From a virus: a DNA stretch of 64,000 bases. Numbering within the stretch: position 1 is the first letter of the stretch; every line of letters begins with the position of its first letter. The stretch lies in IMG/VR virus record IMGVR_UViG_3300047491_001293, positions 20,312-84,311 of that record, one strand, 5' to 3'. Positions 29,560 through 39,470 of the stretch are shown in pieces. Below the pieces are notes generated by a model, which saw only the letters and a list, made by a program, of their open reading frames with translations, was not told the DNA's origin and ran no database searches. The position numbers were made by a program, and so were the translations under genes.

Positions 29560-29586
29560 AACAGCGGGTAAAAACCCGCTGTTTCA
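29557..29586. terminator. Terminator hairpin between convergent genes
   Basis: Perfect 13-bp stem TGAAACAGCGGGT-aaaa-ACCCGCTGTTTCA. Confidence 0.8.
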
Positions 29587-29610
29587 AAAAATAACTGGAT
29601 AAAATTAAAA

Positions 29611-30051
29611 TTAGGGCTTTACGCCAGATGGATCAAAATCCGCACCAGGTGCTGGTTTGGCAGCCGTGGTCGGTATGGTTCCAGGCATCTGTTTGTTCTG
29701 GACTTGTGATGCTTGGCTTTCCAGTTCCTTGATAGTTTGATCAAGCCATCTGACCATTGGCATTGCTTTAACGCCACCGGCAACACCAGTGGTGGTTGAA
29801 TCCTTCCAATTAGGATCTTTACTTATAGCATCCAAGGCCTTTTTCAATGCGTCAACGGCATTGTCATATTTCACCTTGGGGCCAGCCACTTGGCTATAGG
29901 CAGCTTGGCTGCCCTGCTTAACACCTTGCCAAAGCTGCTTTGCGCCCTGCCAAAGGTTTTTGCCAAAGTCCATGAGTCCAGCCTCATCAATGCCAATGCT
30001 TTCATACAACTTCGGATCACGATGTTCAAGATATTCACTAAATTTGTACAT
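29611..30051 (-). CDS. Hypothetical late protein
   Basis: MYKFSEYLEHRDPKLYE..IDEAG; GGAG SD. Confidence 0.7.
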   Translation of the reverse strand: MYKFSEYLEHRDPKLYESIGIDEAGLMDFGKNLWQGAKQLWQGVKQGSQAAYSQVAGPKVKYDNAVDALKKALDAISKDPNWKDSTTTGVAGGVKAMPMVRWLDQTIKELESQASQVQNKQMPGTIPTTAAKPAPGADFDPSGVKP

Positions 30052-30197
30052 GTTATTTCTCCAATTCTTGGAACTAAAGCTAGTTATGGTTCCTCACGCA
30101 AAAATAGTTTAATTTATAAAAAAATATCACTTGATTTTTGACCCAAAAAGAATTTTGATGAAGTGGCATATTTCATCAATCCATGGAGGTCAATGTC

Positions 30198-31004
30198 ATG
30201 AAAAGAGGATATGTGCGTGAAGATGGAATGGTGTACGCAAGGATGCTCGATGGTAAACCTCTCTGGCTCACAAGAGAGCAGTACGACAAGAGAGAGGTGG
30301 CCAGAAAGAAGTATGTCAAGGAATGTTTCGCCATGTACAAGAGGAGAAGGCAGTGCGTCAGGAAGATAGGCGAGTATGATCACAGGAGGAACCTCTATTT
30401 TGTTGGGGTGTCATCCTCTGGCAAAGAGGTTTGGAGGGGTCGTGCCTTTTACGAGAGATTTCTTGACAAGGTCAAGAGAAGCAAGTCAAGGTACAACCAG
30501 AGGTGCAAGGATCTGCCACCAACAGACCTTGTCATAGGTTCGCCACACCCAACAAAACCGGGCATTTTCGTTACAAACAAGGTTGGGAACAAATGCTTCT
30601 TCGGCAACAAGGCAAAACTGCAGAAGCGCCTTGAGAGCATTAGGATGGCATACACAAAGAGGCACTACAAGGCCAAGAAGCGCCGTGCTCTGGCCCTTGA
30701 GGGAATAGTCAGAAAAAGGCGTGGTGAGACTCGATTAGAGGACAGCAAGATTTTCTTCGAGTATGACAGGATCGGCAAGGAGATATGGCTTGACCCAGTG
30801 GAATTCCACAGAAGAAGAAACAAGGACTGTGAGCGTCGAAGGCAATATCGTAAATTGCGGAAGCAGAAAACATGCCAGGAATCGAACTCCCAAGCATCAT
30901 CACCCCTCCATTCAGTGGATTTGCTGTCTCCAAGCACAACGGGCAGCTCATGTTTGTCGAAGGAAGAAACTATGAGCAGCGCAACCAGTGCACAAGGCAG
31001 CTGA
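30198..31004 (+). CDS. Highly basic repeat protein, probably nucleic-acid binding
   Basis: Four G...F...GK.xW units separated by R/K-rich helices; GGAGG SD. Confidence 0.6.
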   Translation: MKRGYVREDGMVYARMLDGKPLWLTREQYDKREVARKKYVKECFAMYKRRRQCVRKIGEYDHRRNLYFVGVSSSGKEVWRGRAFYERFLDKVKRSKSRYNQRCKDLPPTDLVIGSPHPTKPGIFVTNKVGNKCFFGNKAKLQKRLESIRMAYTKRHYKAKKRRALALEGIVRKRRGETRLEDSKIFFEYDRIGKEIWLDPVEFHRRRNKDCERRRQYRKLRKQKTCQESNSQASSPLHSVDLLSPSTTGSSCLSKEETMSSATSAQGS

Positions 31005-31726
31005 TCGCAGATGTAGTTTCCAAGTTCCAAGTGCCAGACTTCGGGTGGACAATAGTCAACACCGATGACATGGACCTCTACAAGACCTACTTTGGCTACA
31101 GGGTCTTGTGCTTCTCGACATTCAATGGTGACTTCAGCCAGACCGTCCCGGACTTCACATATGGTGGGTGGCCAGAGGTTGGCATAGACAGCTTTGAGGG
31201 AACCTGCGCCAGCATGGAGGCCGGTGGCATGGATCCATATGCAATGAACGCAATCGGCTGGCGTGGGGCTCTTACACATTACAACAGGCGCCTAATTGTC
31301 CAGATGCACGATGGAGCAAACATAGACGCCATCTGGATCGAGTGGGACACGACAAACCCAGAGAGGCTGGTGTGCAGGAACAACTTTGTCAGCCTCCCAG
31401 ACCACCCAAGGCGCTGGAGGTTCCTCATCGATGTTGAGGCGCATGGTTGGAGTGGCAGGCTAAAGTTCTTTTTCTTTGCCAACAGGCCAGTGTTTATACA
31501 GGACAGGCCGTACAAAGAGTGGTACTTCCAGCACTTGAAGCCATGGGTGCACTATGTGCCAGTTGCAAGGGACATGTCAGACTTGCGTGCCAACATGGAA
31601 AGGGTCAGAGCAGACCATGCCCTTGAGATGTCACTACGCCGCAACGCCCTTGAGTTCGCCAAAACAAGACTGTCACGGGATGCTGCACATGAGCGATGGG
31701 CAGAGGCCCTAAGGTCACTTGCTTAA
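30872..31726 (+). CDS. Glycosyltransferase family 90 (CAP10/KDELC-like)
   Basis: VPDF..GWPE, WRGA, RFLIDVEAHGWSGRLK, LKPWVHYVPV..DMSDL. Confidence 0.85.
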   Translation: MPGIELPSIITPPFSGFAVSKHNGQLMFVEGRNYEQRNQCTRQLIADVVSKFQVPDFGWTIVNTDDMDLYKTYFGYRVLCFSTFNGDFSQTVPDFTYGGWPEVGIDSFEGTCASMEAGGMDPYAMNAIGWRGALTHYNRRLIVQMHDGANIDAIWIEWDTTNPERLVCRNNFVSLPDHPRRWRFLIDVEAHGWSGRLKFFFFANRPVFIQDRPYKEWYFQHLKPWVHYVPVARDMSDLRANMERVRADHALEMSLRRNALEFAKTRLSRDAAHERWAEALRSLA

Positions 31727-31875
31727 TTGAAATATTTAAACAATTTTTGCTAGAATAATATCAACTTCAAACTTAACGATCATTGTTTCACATAAATTTG
31801 CCTTATGTTAAATTTGAGAAGTAAATTCAATTGTTGAAACCAAACCATTCAGAGATTGATTTTTAGCATCGTTCA

Positions 31876-31883
31876 TATAAATA
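31876..31883 (+). promoter_or_regulatory. T4-type late promoter
   Basis: Exact TATAAATA upstream of a GAGGAG SD. Confidence 0.7.
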
Positions 31884-31899
31884 AAAAGAGGAGATAATC

Positions 31900-33543
31900 A
31901 TGTCAAATGGAATAACAAGTCAATCTGGACCAGCATATAAATCAGTTGTAGTTGAATACAAAGACGGGGCATCCAACATAACCGTAACTCCAGAAACACC
32001 CTTGCCAGTTACTGGGACTATTACAACTGGAGATTCTGGTTTACCAGAAGCAGATCCGCTTCCAGTATTTCAACCAGTTTCACAAGGAGCTTTTGGTGAT
32101 CAAATAGTAGCAAATCTAAGTCAAGAAATTTCATTAATGTTTAATTATCATGTAGATTCAGATGTGTTAAGCACTTTAACACAGAGCAGTGCCAGTGTAA
32201 CCACAGCTAATTCAAAAATGATTTTAGCAACTGGTGGTGTTATGGGGTCTTTAGCCGTTGTAAAAAGCAAAGATTATTTAAGATACAGACCCGGATATGG
32301 TGGACTGGCTAGATTTACTTTGGGAGTAACAACAGGATACACTGGCACCGAACAAACTGCTGGAGTTGGAAATGAAGAGGATGGCTTTTTTTTCAGCTAC
32401 AGAGATCATGATGAGTCTGGAAATCCAGATATGTGTATTGTAAGAAGATCTTTTGGTGCAAGAGAAATAAGATACCTTACGATAACAAATGGATCAAGCT
32501 CCGCTGCCAACACAACAATTACTCTTAATAGTGTTGCTGTAACCGTTGCTGTAAGCAACAATTCTAATGCAGTAAATCAAACTGCAACCAATATAGCAAA
32601 TAATTTTACCTCTACTGACTGGACAGCTTCAGCACATGGCAACATAGTTGTGTTTCGTGCTGTGCATGCTGGTGTAAAAAGTGGAACATATAGCTTTTCC
32701 GCTGGCACATCTGGAATTACCACAAGTCCATCTGGAGAACTCACTCAAAAAGTAGCTGGTGTCAACAAAAACGAAGAAGTCATTTCAAGTGCCAACTGGA
32801 ATTATGATAAAGCTGATGGTACGGGAACTTTGCCAGATTTAGATTGGAGCAAAGGAAATGTGTACCAGATCAAATATCAGTGGTTGGGATATGGTATGAT
32901 TCAGTTTTATATTGAAGATCCAACTTTGGGAAGATTTATTAGAGTTCACGCTATAGAATATGCAAATACAAGCACCATTCCAACCGTGGGCAATCCCACA
33001 TTTCCATTTTACTTTCACGCAAGTAATTCCAATTCAGTACAAAATATAAGCATGTTTACTTCATCATGTGGTGGTTTTGTGGAAGGAAATACTGGCAGAA
33101 GCACTGGAGGAAATCAAAAAACATATACTGTATCAGATAGTTGTGGAGATTCTGGGACCCTAATAGCAACTCTGTTTAATCCAAATAACTTTAAAAGTAA
33201 AAATTCCAGAGTTCAAGTGTCCATTTCTGATATTTCTGCTTCGGCTGCCTCGCCAGTAACATTTAGATTTTACAGAAATGCAGCTTTGACTGGGACAGCA
33301 AGTTGGACTTCTATAGGAACCAACAGTTGCATGTATTATGACGAGGGATCTACAAGTTTTTCTGGTGGTGATTTAGCCTGTGCGATACGAGTAGAACATC
33401 AATCAAACAATAATTTAACTGCCAGAGACATTAGCGATGGCATTTTAACATTACATCCGGGTGACACATTAAGCATTGTCGCCACTTCAGATTCTGGCAC
33501 CGTTAAAGTTGGATGTTCAATCAACTGGGTTGAATACTTATAA
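31900..33543 (+). CDS. Putative virion structural protein (beta-rich)
   Basis: 547 aa Ser/Thr/Gly/Asn-rich; RYRPG and YQWLGYG motifs; late promoter. Confidence 0.6.
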   Translation: MSNGITSQSGPAYKSVVVEYKDGASNITVTPETPLPVTGTITTGDSGLPEADPLPVFQPVSQGAFGDQIVANLSQEISLMFNYHVDSDVLSTLTQSSASVTTANSKMILATGGVMGSLAVVKSKDYLRYRPGYGGLARFTLGVTTGYTGTEQTAGVGNEEDGFFFSYRDHDESGNPDMCIVRRSFGAREIRYLTITNGSSSAANTTITLNSVAVTVAVSNNSNAVNQTATNIANNFTSTDWTASAHGNIVVFRAVHAGVKSGTYSFSAGTSGITTSPSGELTQKVAGVNKNEEVISSANWNYDKADGTGTLPDLDWSKGNVYQIKYQWLGYGMIQFYIEDPTLGRFIRVHAIEYANTSTIPTVGNPTFPFYFHASNSNSVQNISMFTSSCGGFVEGNTGRSTGGNQKTYTVSDSCGDSGTLIATLFNPNNFKSKNSRVQVSISDISASAASPVTFRFYRNAALTGTASWTSIGTNSCMYYDEGSTSFSGGDLACAIRVEHQSNNNLTARDISDGILTLHPGDTLSIVATSDSGTVKVGCSINWVEYL

Positions 33544-34320
33544 AAGTTTTATCGGCCTTGCGGGTATCTCGGCGACAATTCCACGCTTGTGCATCCTGAA
33601 ATTTGGGTACATGAACTTGTAAGCGACCTCGACGCTGTCGCTGAACTGGTTTGTGGTGGCCTGTATGATTATATCGCCATCAACACCAAGAGTTCCACTA
33701 AGGTGCGACATTCCAGAGTCTATCCCAAAGAATGACTTACAAGAAAGAAGGAATTTTGCTTGCTCATAAAGTGTAGTGAAGTTAACTGGCATGTCGGGAA
33801 AGAAATTCCTGCTTCCAGGTCCGCCAATTGCATAGGTGTTGCCTCCACTGAACTTTTTTATGGCCCTCTCCATCTCTTGTAGTGTGAACCTTGGCTTGTC
33901 ATGCCTGGGTGAATGACCATTCAATTGGAAGCATTTGTGCCCCCTTTTTTCTGGCATTGGAATGCGTGGCCTTGGAAGCGAAAATGTTTCCAGCGGGTCT
34001 GGCCTGCATGATGAGTGCCCGAAATTTAGTGCGCACCAATAGGCAGTTCCAAGGCGGCCAAGGTTGAGCATCCTGCCAAATCTAAAGTCATGCTTCAAAC
34101 CATCGACCTTCGTTACTGGCTCTATGTAACCCTCATAGTCAAATATGCTCATTATCTGTCTGCCGATCTCTTGCCTTACGAAGTGTATCTTGGCCTTGAA
34201 GCCATCCCTCTTTGCGCAGTTGTAGACAATGTTGGTGAACACCTGGATGTCGCCATAGTGGACGGGCTCTATCTTGAACATTTCAACTCTGTCGCACTGC
34301 AAATCGATGTCTTGGTTCAT
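33538..34320 (-). CDS. GT9-like (GT-B) glycosyltransferase
   Basis: N-terminal HYGD; CKSFFGIDSGMSHLSGTLG. Confidence 0.7.
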   Translation of the reverse strand: MNQDIDLQCDRVEMFKIEPVHYGDIQVFTNIVYNCAKRDGFKAKIHFVRQEIGRQIMSIFDYEGYIEPVTKVDGLKHDFRFGRMLNLGRLGTAYWCALNFGHSSCRPDPLETFSLPRPRIPMPEKRGHKCFQLNGHSPRHDKPRFTLQEMERAIKKFSGGNTYAIGGPGSRNFFPDMPVNFTTLYEQAKFLLSCKSFFGIDSGMSHLSGTLGVDGDIIIQATTNQFSDSVEVAYKFMYPNFRMHKRGIVAEIPARPIKLL

Positions 34321-34341
34321 AGATATTCCGAAGGATTAAAA

Positions 34342-34653
34342 ATGAGCGCCCGTGAAAACACATTTTTTTGGCTTGTATTCACCATCGTACTAAGTGTAAG
34401 CACAGTAGACCTGTATCTCCTGATCAGGTTCCAAAATGTCATAGCCGAGGAGGAGAAGAACATAGTCGGACTGTGGCTGATCCACCTAGATAGTGGTTCA
34501 ACCGCTCTATTTTCAGCCGTCAAGATGTTTGGGACATGCCTCAGCCTCATGCTCTTGAAGAAGATATTTCTGGCGCACCGAAGGATTGGCTATATTGTCG
34601 GGAGCCTCATGGCCACCTTCCAGATCTGCCTGATCATATACCTTCTGAGTTGA
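34342..34653 (+). CDS. Three-TM membrane protein
   Basis: D..L...E.N..G.WL...KMFGT pattern; AAGGA SD. Confidence 0.6.
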   Translation: MSARENTFFWLVFTIVLSVSTVDLYLLIRFQNVIAEEEKNIVGLWLIHLDSGSTALFSAVKMFGTCLSLMLLKKIFLAHRRIGYIVGSLMATFQICLIIYLLS

Positions 34654-34655
34654 TG

Positions 34656-34979
34656 TCATTTTCCAGAAAACTTTATCATGCAAAAGCCGACAAATATGAC
34701 GGCCATGCCGGCGATCTGAAGTGCTGTCAGTCTAAAGCCAAATATGGCCATCGGCAGTATGTAGCCTATGAACATGATCATCATGTCCCAGTATGCGCTA
34801 TTCAAGAGGACGGCCTCCTTGTCTGGGAGGCTTTTTGCAAGTGTGTACCAGAGAAGGCATGCGACTATGTTGCATGCAGTGCTTGCTGGTATGTAATAGT
34901 TCGATGACCTAGCCGTGTCAAGGAAGGTCAACATCATGATAACCAGATATAGCATGGCAGCCGTGATGTAGAAACTCAT
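34656..34979 (-). CDS. Four-TM DMT/SMR-like membrane protein
   Basis: 107 aa; LTALQIAGMAVIFVG. Confidence 0.6.
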   Translation of the reverse strand: MSFYITAAMLYLVIMMLTFLDTARSSNYYIPASTACNIVACLLWYTLAKSLPDKEAVLLNSAYWDMMIMFIGYILPMAIFGFRLTALQIAGMAVIFVGFCMIKFSGK

Positions 34980-34994
34980 GCCATATCTATGGCA

Positions 34995-36068
34995 TCAGAC
35001 TCCTATATCGAGCCTATGCCTCGCTTGCTCAAGTGTGTCACCCTGTGATTTAAACTCGGATATCCTCAAGAGCTGGTCGAGGTTCACGCCATCAAGCGAT
35101 TGCGCCCATGAGCCAACAATTGATTCACGCATGACAATGTCTGGGTTGTCAAAGTTCCTGACAAACTTGAACCTGCTTGGCCTCTGCTTGAGGGCTATGT
35201 CAACCTTGCCTATGTCATTGGCCGTCAAGAAGAAGGCGACCTTGTTGTAACTGTTGTAAACCCCATCAAGGCAATTCAATATGCTGTCAAATGTGAACTT
35301 GATTCCCATGTTGTTGGTGCCACCTGGGCTCTCGCCGATGATGCAGCGCCGACAGCAAAAGTAGTTGTCAAAGTCCTCCAGAAGGACAATGCACCTCTCA
35401 GGAACATTGGAGAACATGAACATGATGTCCATGTTGGAAAACTCTGGCGAAAATGTGATTATGACAATTGGAACCTTGTGCTTGACAGCAAGGTACCTTA
35501 TCAACGATGTCTTGCCGTTGCCTGGCTTTCCATAGAGTATAGCACCAGTTCTTGGCTTCTTGCCGTCCATGACCATGGAAACATCCATTTCTATGTCGTT
35601 CCACAGTGACTTGTCAAGGATGGGATCATCGGCACCCTTGATGGATCCTATCTTGTCGGTGTGCCATGGCGTCGCAACAAGGACTGGTATGCCAAATTTC
35701 TCAAGTTGAACGGCGTGCAACTGGTTGACAAGAAATGATTTTATCGATTTGTATGACCATCGGAAGCAAATTATGACCGTGGTGAAGTCCTTGCCCTGGA
35801 ATCCAGCTTGAAGCATGCGCTCTTGATGAGCCAAATAAAACAATGGTGTGCCATCATACTTGCAAAAAGCCTTGTAAACCACTGGGTGCCTTGATTCCGT
35901 GAAAAACTCCTCCTCCATGACAAACTTGGTCACATCATCAAGCGTCTCATAGATCGTCCTAAATGTATTCTGGTCAACCCTAAGATCAACAAGGATGACG
36001 AACCGCAATACAGCCCATATGCCGACCAAAGTTCCACCAACAGCAAGCAAACCAGTAATCCAAGACAT
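34995..36068 (-). CDS. Membrane-anchored AAA+ ATPase (BCS1-like)
   Basis: N-terminal TM; ILYGKPGNGKTS, VLLEDFD, LNCLDG, TAN, RPSRF. Confidence 0.85.
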   Translation of the reverse strand: MSWITGLLAVGGTLVGIWAVLRFVILVDLRVDQNTFRTIYETLDDVTKFVMEEEFFTESRHPVVYKAFCKYDGTPLFYLAHQERMLQAGFQGKDFTTVIICFRWSYKSIKSFLVNQLHAVQLEKFGIPVLVATPWHTDKIGSIKGADDPILDKSLWNDIEMDVSMVMDGKKPRTGAILYGKPGNGKTSLIRYLAVKHKVPIVIITFSPEFSNMDIMFMFSNVPERCIVLLEDFDNYFCCRRCIIGESPGGTNNMGIKFTFDSILNCLDGVYNSYNKVAFFLTANDIGKVDIALKQRPSRFKFVRNFDNPDIVMRESIVGSWAQSLDGVNLDQLLRISEFKSQGDTLEQARHRLDIGV

Positions 36069-36114
36069 TAAAATTCCTCTCAAAATGACACTAGATAATG
36101 TAAGAGGTGAACAA

Positions 36115-36504
36115 ATGAGAAGTATAAATGAATTCAAGGCTGGCAACAAGATTAAAGGTTTTTTAAACAAGCTTTTTGAGGCTCGACAAGTGGCGCATAT
36201 AGCCCACCTTCAAACCAAGAGTTATGCCGAGCACAAGGCTTTGAACTCATTCTATGACAGCATCTTGGATCTCACTGATGGTTTCATTGAGGCCTACCAG
36301 GGGCAATATGGCATCGTGACTGGGTATGAATCCATATCATCAACAGCGCCAGATTCGATAGACAAATACATCTCAGATTTTGCCGACGATGTCAAGGCCG
36401 CAAGAAAAAATCTTGATGAAAATGACACTCATCTCCAGAACATGCTTGACGAGATTATCAGCCTTGCCTATTCAACAGTTTACAAATTAAGGTATTTGAA
36501 ATAA
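36115..36504 (+). CDS. DUF5856/Dps-like ferritin-fold protein
   Basis: HLQTKSYAEHKAL..FYD..D.FIEAYQG, YKL; TAGATA box and GAGG SD. Confidence 0.8.
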   Translation: MRSINEFKAGNKIKGFLNKLFEARQVAHIAHLQTKSYAEHKALNSFYDSILDLTDGFIEAYQGQYGIVTGYESISSTAPDSIDKYISDFADDVKAARKNLDENDTHLQNMLDEIISLAYSTVYKLRYLK

Positions 36505-37196
36505 TGTCCTATGATGACCTCATTGCCGAGATTGGCATAGGACATCCTTGCCAAAAATTCAATGATGCCTGGTCTAGGGTGGAGATGGCGCTTAGCCAAC
36601 ATTATGTGAAAACCTTGACCCAAGAAGAGGCTGCTATAGCTTGGTTGGTGGTCATGCGTGTCCGACCAAAACTTTTTGTAGAGCTTGGAGGACAGCATGG
36701 CCACTCCAGCATGATATTCTCGGAGGCCATGAAGGTTGTTGGCGGCAGGTTCATTAGTGTCGAGCTTGGCATTTCCCCAGAAAACAAGTACCCACCAGAG
36801 GTCTGCGGAACCTTGAAATTTTTGCCAGAGGAAGGCCATGTCACAAAGATATTTGGCAATGCCGAGGTTGAGCTCCCAAGGATTTTGGAAAACAACAAGG
36901 TTGACATGGTGTTCCACGATTGCGCCCACACATGGGACCATGTGGAATTCTGCCTAAATGCCGCAGAGAGGTCAAACCCAGATGTCGTTCAGATGTGCCA
37001 TGATTGCGCAAGCTTCATGTGGAACCCAGAGAGGGAAACACAGTATGGGGTCATCTGCGCTGAGAGGCCTGTCTTTGACAAGCACTTCCTCAACAACGAT
37101 AGATACATGTACCGTGTCTATGAGGGCAAGTATGGGTTAGGATTTGCCATACCGAAAACTAGATTAGTTAATGATTGTGCCACCAAAAAGGATTGA
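36504..37196 (+). CDS. Class I SAM methyltransferase (Methyltransf_24-like)
   Basis: VELGGQHGHSS, DMVFHDCAHT, CHD. Confidence 0.7.
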   Translation: MSYDDLIAEIGIGHPCQKFNDAWSRVEMALSQHYVKTLTQEEAAIAWLVVMRVRPKLFVELGGQHGHSSMIFSEAMKVVGGRFISVELGISPENKYPPEVCGTLKFLPEEGHVTKIFGNAEVELPRILENNKVDMVFHDCAHTWDHVEFCLNAAERSNPDVVQMCHDCASFMWNPERETQYGVICAERPVFDKHFLNNDRYMYRVYEGKYGLGFAIPKTRLVNDCATKKD

Positions 37197-38022
37197 TTGG
37201 AAGATACATGTGCCCGTGCCAGATGGCATAGGAAATGCAGATTTCACGCCGCCATCACTTAGATCACAGCCAAAAGTGAATTTCATAATATCAACTTGCG
37301 ACAGGCCAGCGGCATATATCCACAAAATGCTTGCGACAATGTTCATGGGTGGATTCCCAATTGAATACAAACTAAACCTTGTCGTATCTGGAGACGAAAC
37401 AAAATACCTTGACTGCTACAAGCACATGCCAAACATCAGGATATACAAGTGGAACTCGGATGAATGGGGCAGAGTTAAGTCGTTGCCGGTAAAGTTCAGG
37501 GCGAGCTACAACTACCTGCAGTGCTTAGGCATAAACGATTACGAGAACAGCTTGATATTTGAGGATGACTTGGTTTTCCAGCACAATTGGCTTGGCAAGC
37601 TATTCAAGTGCATCACTGCCGCAGAGATTGATGGATACGACAATTACATGATGACACTGTTCTGCCAAAACAAATGCAGAACCACAAAATTATACGCAAA
37701 GGTTCCACGCATAACATGGGCTGGAACACAGGCAATGTACTACCCAGAGAAAGTGCTGCGGGTCATAAGGCCATTCGTGCAGCAAGTCACTGAAATTGTT
37801 TCAAAGGTCCAGTCTGAGCCCAGCAACCCACTCTACCTCAACGCATACGACATGCTTGTTAAGGAGTGCGCCATAATGGATGGTGTTGACATACTTGCCC
37901 CATGCGAGTCTCTGGTGCAACACATAGGCTCACAAACAGCGGGCGGCACTGGCCAAGATATAATGAAAAGCCCAATTTTCCATTCATGCAAGCTTGATGG
38001 TGTCGGTGGCGATGCCCCTTGA
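37171..38022 (+). CDS. GT-A glycosyltransferase-like protein
   Basis: LIFEDD, GTQAMYY, D..V, LVQHIG. Confidence 0.7.
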   Translation: MIVPPKRIDWKIHVPVPDGIGNADFTPPSLRSQPKVNFIISTCDRPAAYIHKMLATMFMGGFPIEYKLNLVVSGDETKYLDCYKHMPNIRIYKWNSDEWGRVKSLPVKFRASYNYLQCLGINDYENSLIFEDDLVFQHNWLGKLFKCITAAEIDGYDNYMMTLFCQNKCRTTKLYAKVPRITWAGTQAMYYPEKVLRVIRPFVQQVTEIVSKVQSEPSNPLYLNAYDMLVKECAIMDGVDILAPCESLVQHIGSQTAGGTGQDIMKSPIFHSCKLDGVGGDAP

Positions 38023-38883
38023 CCATTGAAAGCTCTTGAAGCTTACTGGTGGGTTGCTTCTGTTGACAAAACCAAAAGGCTTCTTCTCATAGTACAGCCA
38101 TGCTGGATTCTCTTTTGATTTCTGGCTCGTCACAAAATGAAAACCCTCCATTTCGTCTGTTCTTTCTTTTATTCTGTAAATGTGCTCTGGATACTTTGAG
38201 AAATATGTGGTCAATATGCCTGGTTCAGAGTTGTGATAGTTGAAGATTACGGGATCTGGTATGACATAGTGATCTATTGTCATTACAAGTCTTGCCGTAA
38301 GACCCTGCTCATCAAACCAATTGTCCCAGTTGTTGGAGTTCTCAATGATAGCACCAGTTATGTCATAATTTGGAGGAAAGCCAAAAATCCCTGCATTGAT
38401 CGGTTGCATAGGGATATTTTTTTTTATCATGTCCAAGGTGTTGGATCCAAGACTCGTGTTGATTCCCCTATTTGCAAAAGCCTTGTTTGAGGAAAAAAAC
38501 TTGTTGATATGGCTTCCACGAGCCAGAAGAACAAGGTCTGAGTCAATGTAAACCTCATGGCTCTGCATGCGAAGTCTGGGTGGGTAAAATTTCCATCCCG
38601 TATTCTTTGGAGCTAGTGGAAGGCTGCCAGTGTCTGCAGCAACACAAGAAACTCCATACTTACCAAGCTCATCTTGGAACCTTGCAAGCGCATCTGGCCT
38701 AAAGCAAGTGTTGAATACAGCGACACCGTCGGCGATGTCGCCGTAAAGAACGCTGAATGTTCGGCAGCTTTCAAATAATATTTTGTTTCCAAATGGACTT
38801 GGTCCAACCGTCCACCTAAAAAGAGGTCTATTGTTGCCCTTGTTTTTTTCTATGAACTCTGATGCCGAAAATTTATGTGGCAT
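37984..38883 (-). CDS. GT-A (GT8-like) glycosyltransferase-like protein
   Basis: WKFYPPR, YIDSDLVL, INAGIFG, DEQG, HF. Confidence 0.65.
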   Translation of the reverse strand: MPHKFSASEFIEKNKGNNRPLFRWTVGPSPFGNKILFESCRTFSVLYGDIADGVAVFNTCFRPDALARFQDELGKYGVSCVAADTGSLPLAPKNTGWKFYPPRLRMQSHEVYIDSDLVLLARGSHINKFFSSNKAFANRGINTSLGSNTLDMIKKNIPMQPINAGIFGFPPNYDITGAIIENSNNWDNWFDEQGLTARLVMTIDHYVIPDPVIFNYHNSEPGILTTYFSKYPEHIYRIKERTDEMEGFHFVTSQKSKENPAWLYYEKKPFGFVNRSNPPVSFKSFQWSRGIATDTIKLA

Positions 38884-38886
38884 CAA

Positions 38887-39333
38887 CTATTTAGATTCTA
38901 TGTTGTACTTTTCCTTGAGATAGGAAATTAAGACTTTTTGTTCAGTGTCCATGTCCTTGTGTTGATCATAAAGATCTTGGTATCTTTTTTGCAAGTTGTC
39001 CATTTTCTCCCTCTGCTTCCTCAGTGGGAATTCAGTCTTAAAAAAATCATCCGAACCAATCTTTATTGACTCAAGAAAATCGGCATACTCAGTTGCCAGC
39101 TTGATCCGCTTCTCACTGTACATCAACACAAGGGAATCAACATTTTTTGTTGACATTGATCGTATTTTTGCGATGGCATTCTTTATTTCCATAGATGCCA
39201 TTGATGGCTTAGAATTAACCGCTGTGTTGAACTTGTGTATTATGTCATTTAGGCCAATCCAGTACCTTTTTGTGGCTATCTCTTGCTCTGGCGTAATTGC
39301 AAACATCACCAATTGAAACAATAAAACTGTCAT
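38887..39333 (-). CDS. Hypothetical helical protein
   Basis: 148 aa; GGGAGG SD. Confidence 0.6.
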   Translation of the reverse strand: MTVLLFQLVMFAITPEQEIATKRYWIGLNDIIHKFNTAVNSKPSMASMEIKNAIAKIRSMSTKNVDSLVLMYSEKRIKLATEYADFLESIKIGSDDFFKTEFPLRKQREKMDNLQKRYQDLYDQHKDMDTEQKVLISYLKEKYNIESK

Positions 39334-39470
39334 TTTATGATCCTCCCTATAGATAATACTTGGATCTTAGCATGAATTGCTAAAAAAAATCAATAGCGAT
39401 ATCACCATCAATATGCCTTATCAAATGGGAGGCATGGATAATATATAATGAACGAACCATGAGGTGAAAA

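Noticed and set aside
30155-30179. CIRCE element
   Set aside because: The 9-nt spacer fits but the arms (TTGATGAA) do not match TTAGCACTC, and it is not before a chaperone gene
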